Source: a virus
Lineage: Duplodnaviria > Caudoviricetes
IMG/VR virus record: IMGVR_UViG_3300008261_000025
Location: 1-55,644 of that record
Strand: one strand, 5' to 3'
DNA: 55,644 bases
Part shown: positions 55,605 through 55,644 of the stretch, piece after piece
Layout of the letters: each line of letters starts with the position of its first letter
Position numbering within the stretch: the first letter of the stretch is position 1
Position numbers and translations under genes: made by a program
Notes under the pieces: model-generated
Told to the model about the DNA's origin: nothing
What the model saw: only the letters and a program-made list of their open reading frames with translations
Databases searched by the model: none

Positions 55605-55644
55605 AATAATTTAATCTTATTAATTCTTACAAAAATATATTGAT
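55601..55644. repeat. End overlap, identical to 1-44
   Basis: Direct sequence identity. Confidence 0.95.

Overview
The window looks like one complete, circularly assembled genome (55,600 bp plus a 44-nt end overlap) of an AT-rich tailed dsDNA phage. It has an HK97-type head, a PBSX-family terminase and a Mu-like contractile tail. Two arms diverge at ~37.3 kb and converge at ~5.7 kb. The minus arm (37288 to 5769) holds a ParB-methylase, terminases, head, tail, baseplate, fibres and a lysis cassette. The plus arm (37453 to the end, continuing 1 to 5593) holds replication, recombination, DNA-modification and many accessory genes. I saw no integrase or CI-like repressor. The SSB resembles Rickettsiales/alphaproteobacterial SSBs, so the host may be a Rickettsiales-like bacterium (inference). 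Main observations: (1) a 4.08-kb cassette bounded by near-identical 82-bp promoter repeats, in which an orphan ectoine-synthase (EctC) cupin sits between IbrA (PP-loop/PAPS-reductase-like, DUF3440) and IbrB (ParB/Srx) and is followed by an SNF2 ATPase, a candidate uncharacterised DNA/nucleotide-modification system; (2) seven copies of a promoter + A(U/G)UU-loop hairpin + A-rich leader element; (3) two related structured RNAs with compensatory stem changes and an equal 30-nt inner region; (4) a tRNA-like element inside a 22-bp stem, followed by a switch-like RNA upstream of the replication initiator; (5) a baseplate spike gene inverted in place in the tail operon; (6) a DUF4116 repeat family showing recent sequence exchange, plus ankyrin genes and apparently dead or truncated homologues (ImmA/IrrE, DUF262, C5-methylase). 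All family calls come from reading motifs by eye; no searches or folding programs were run.
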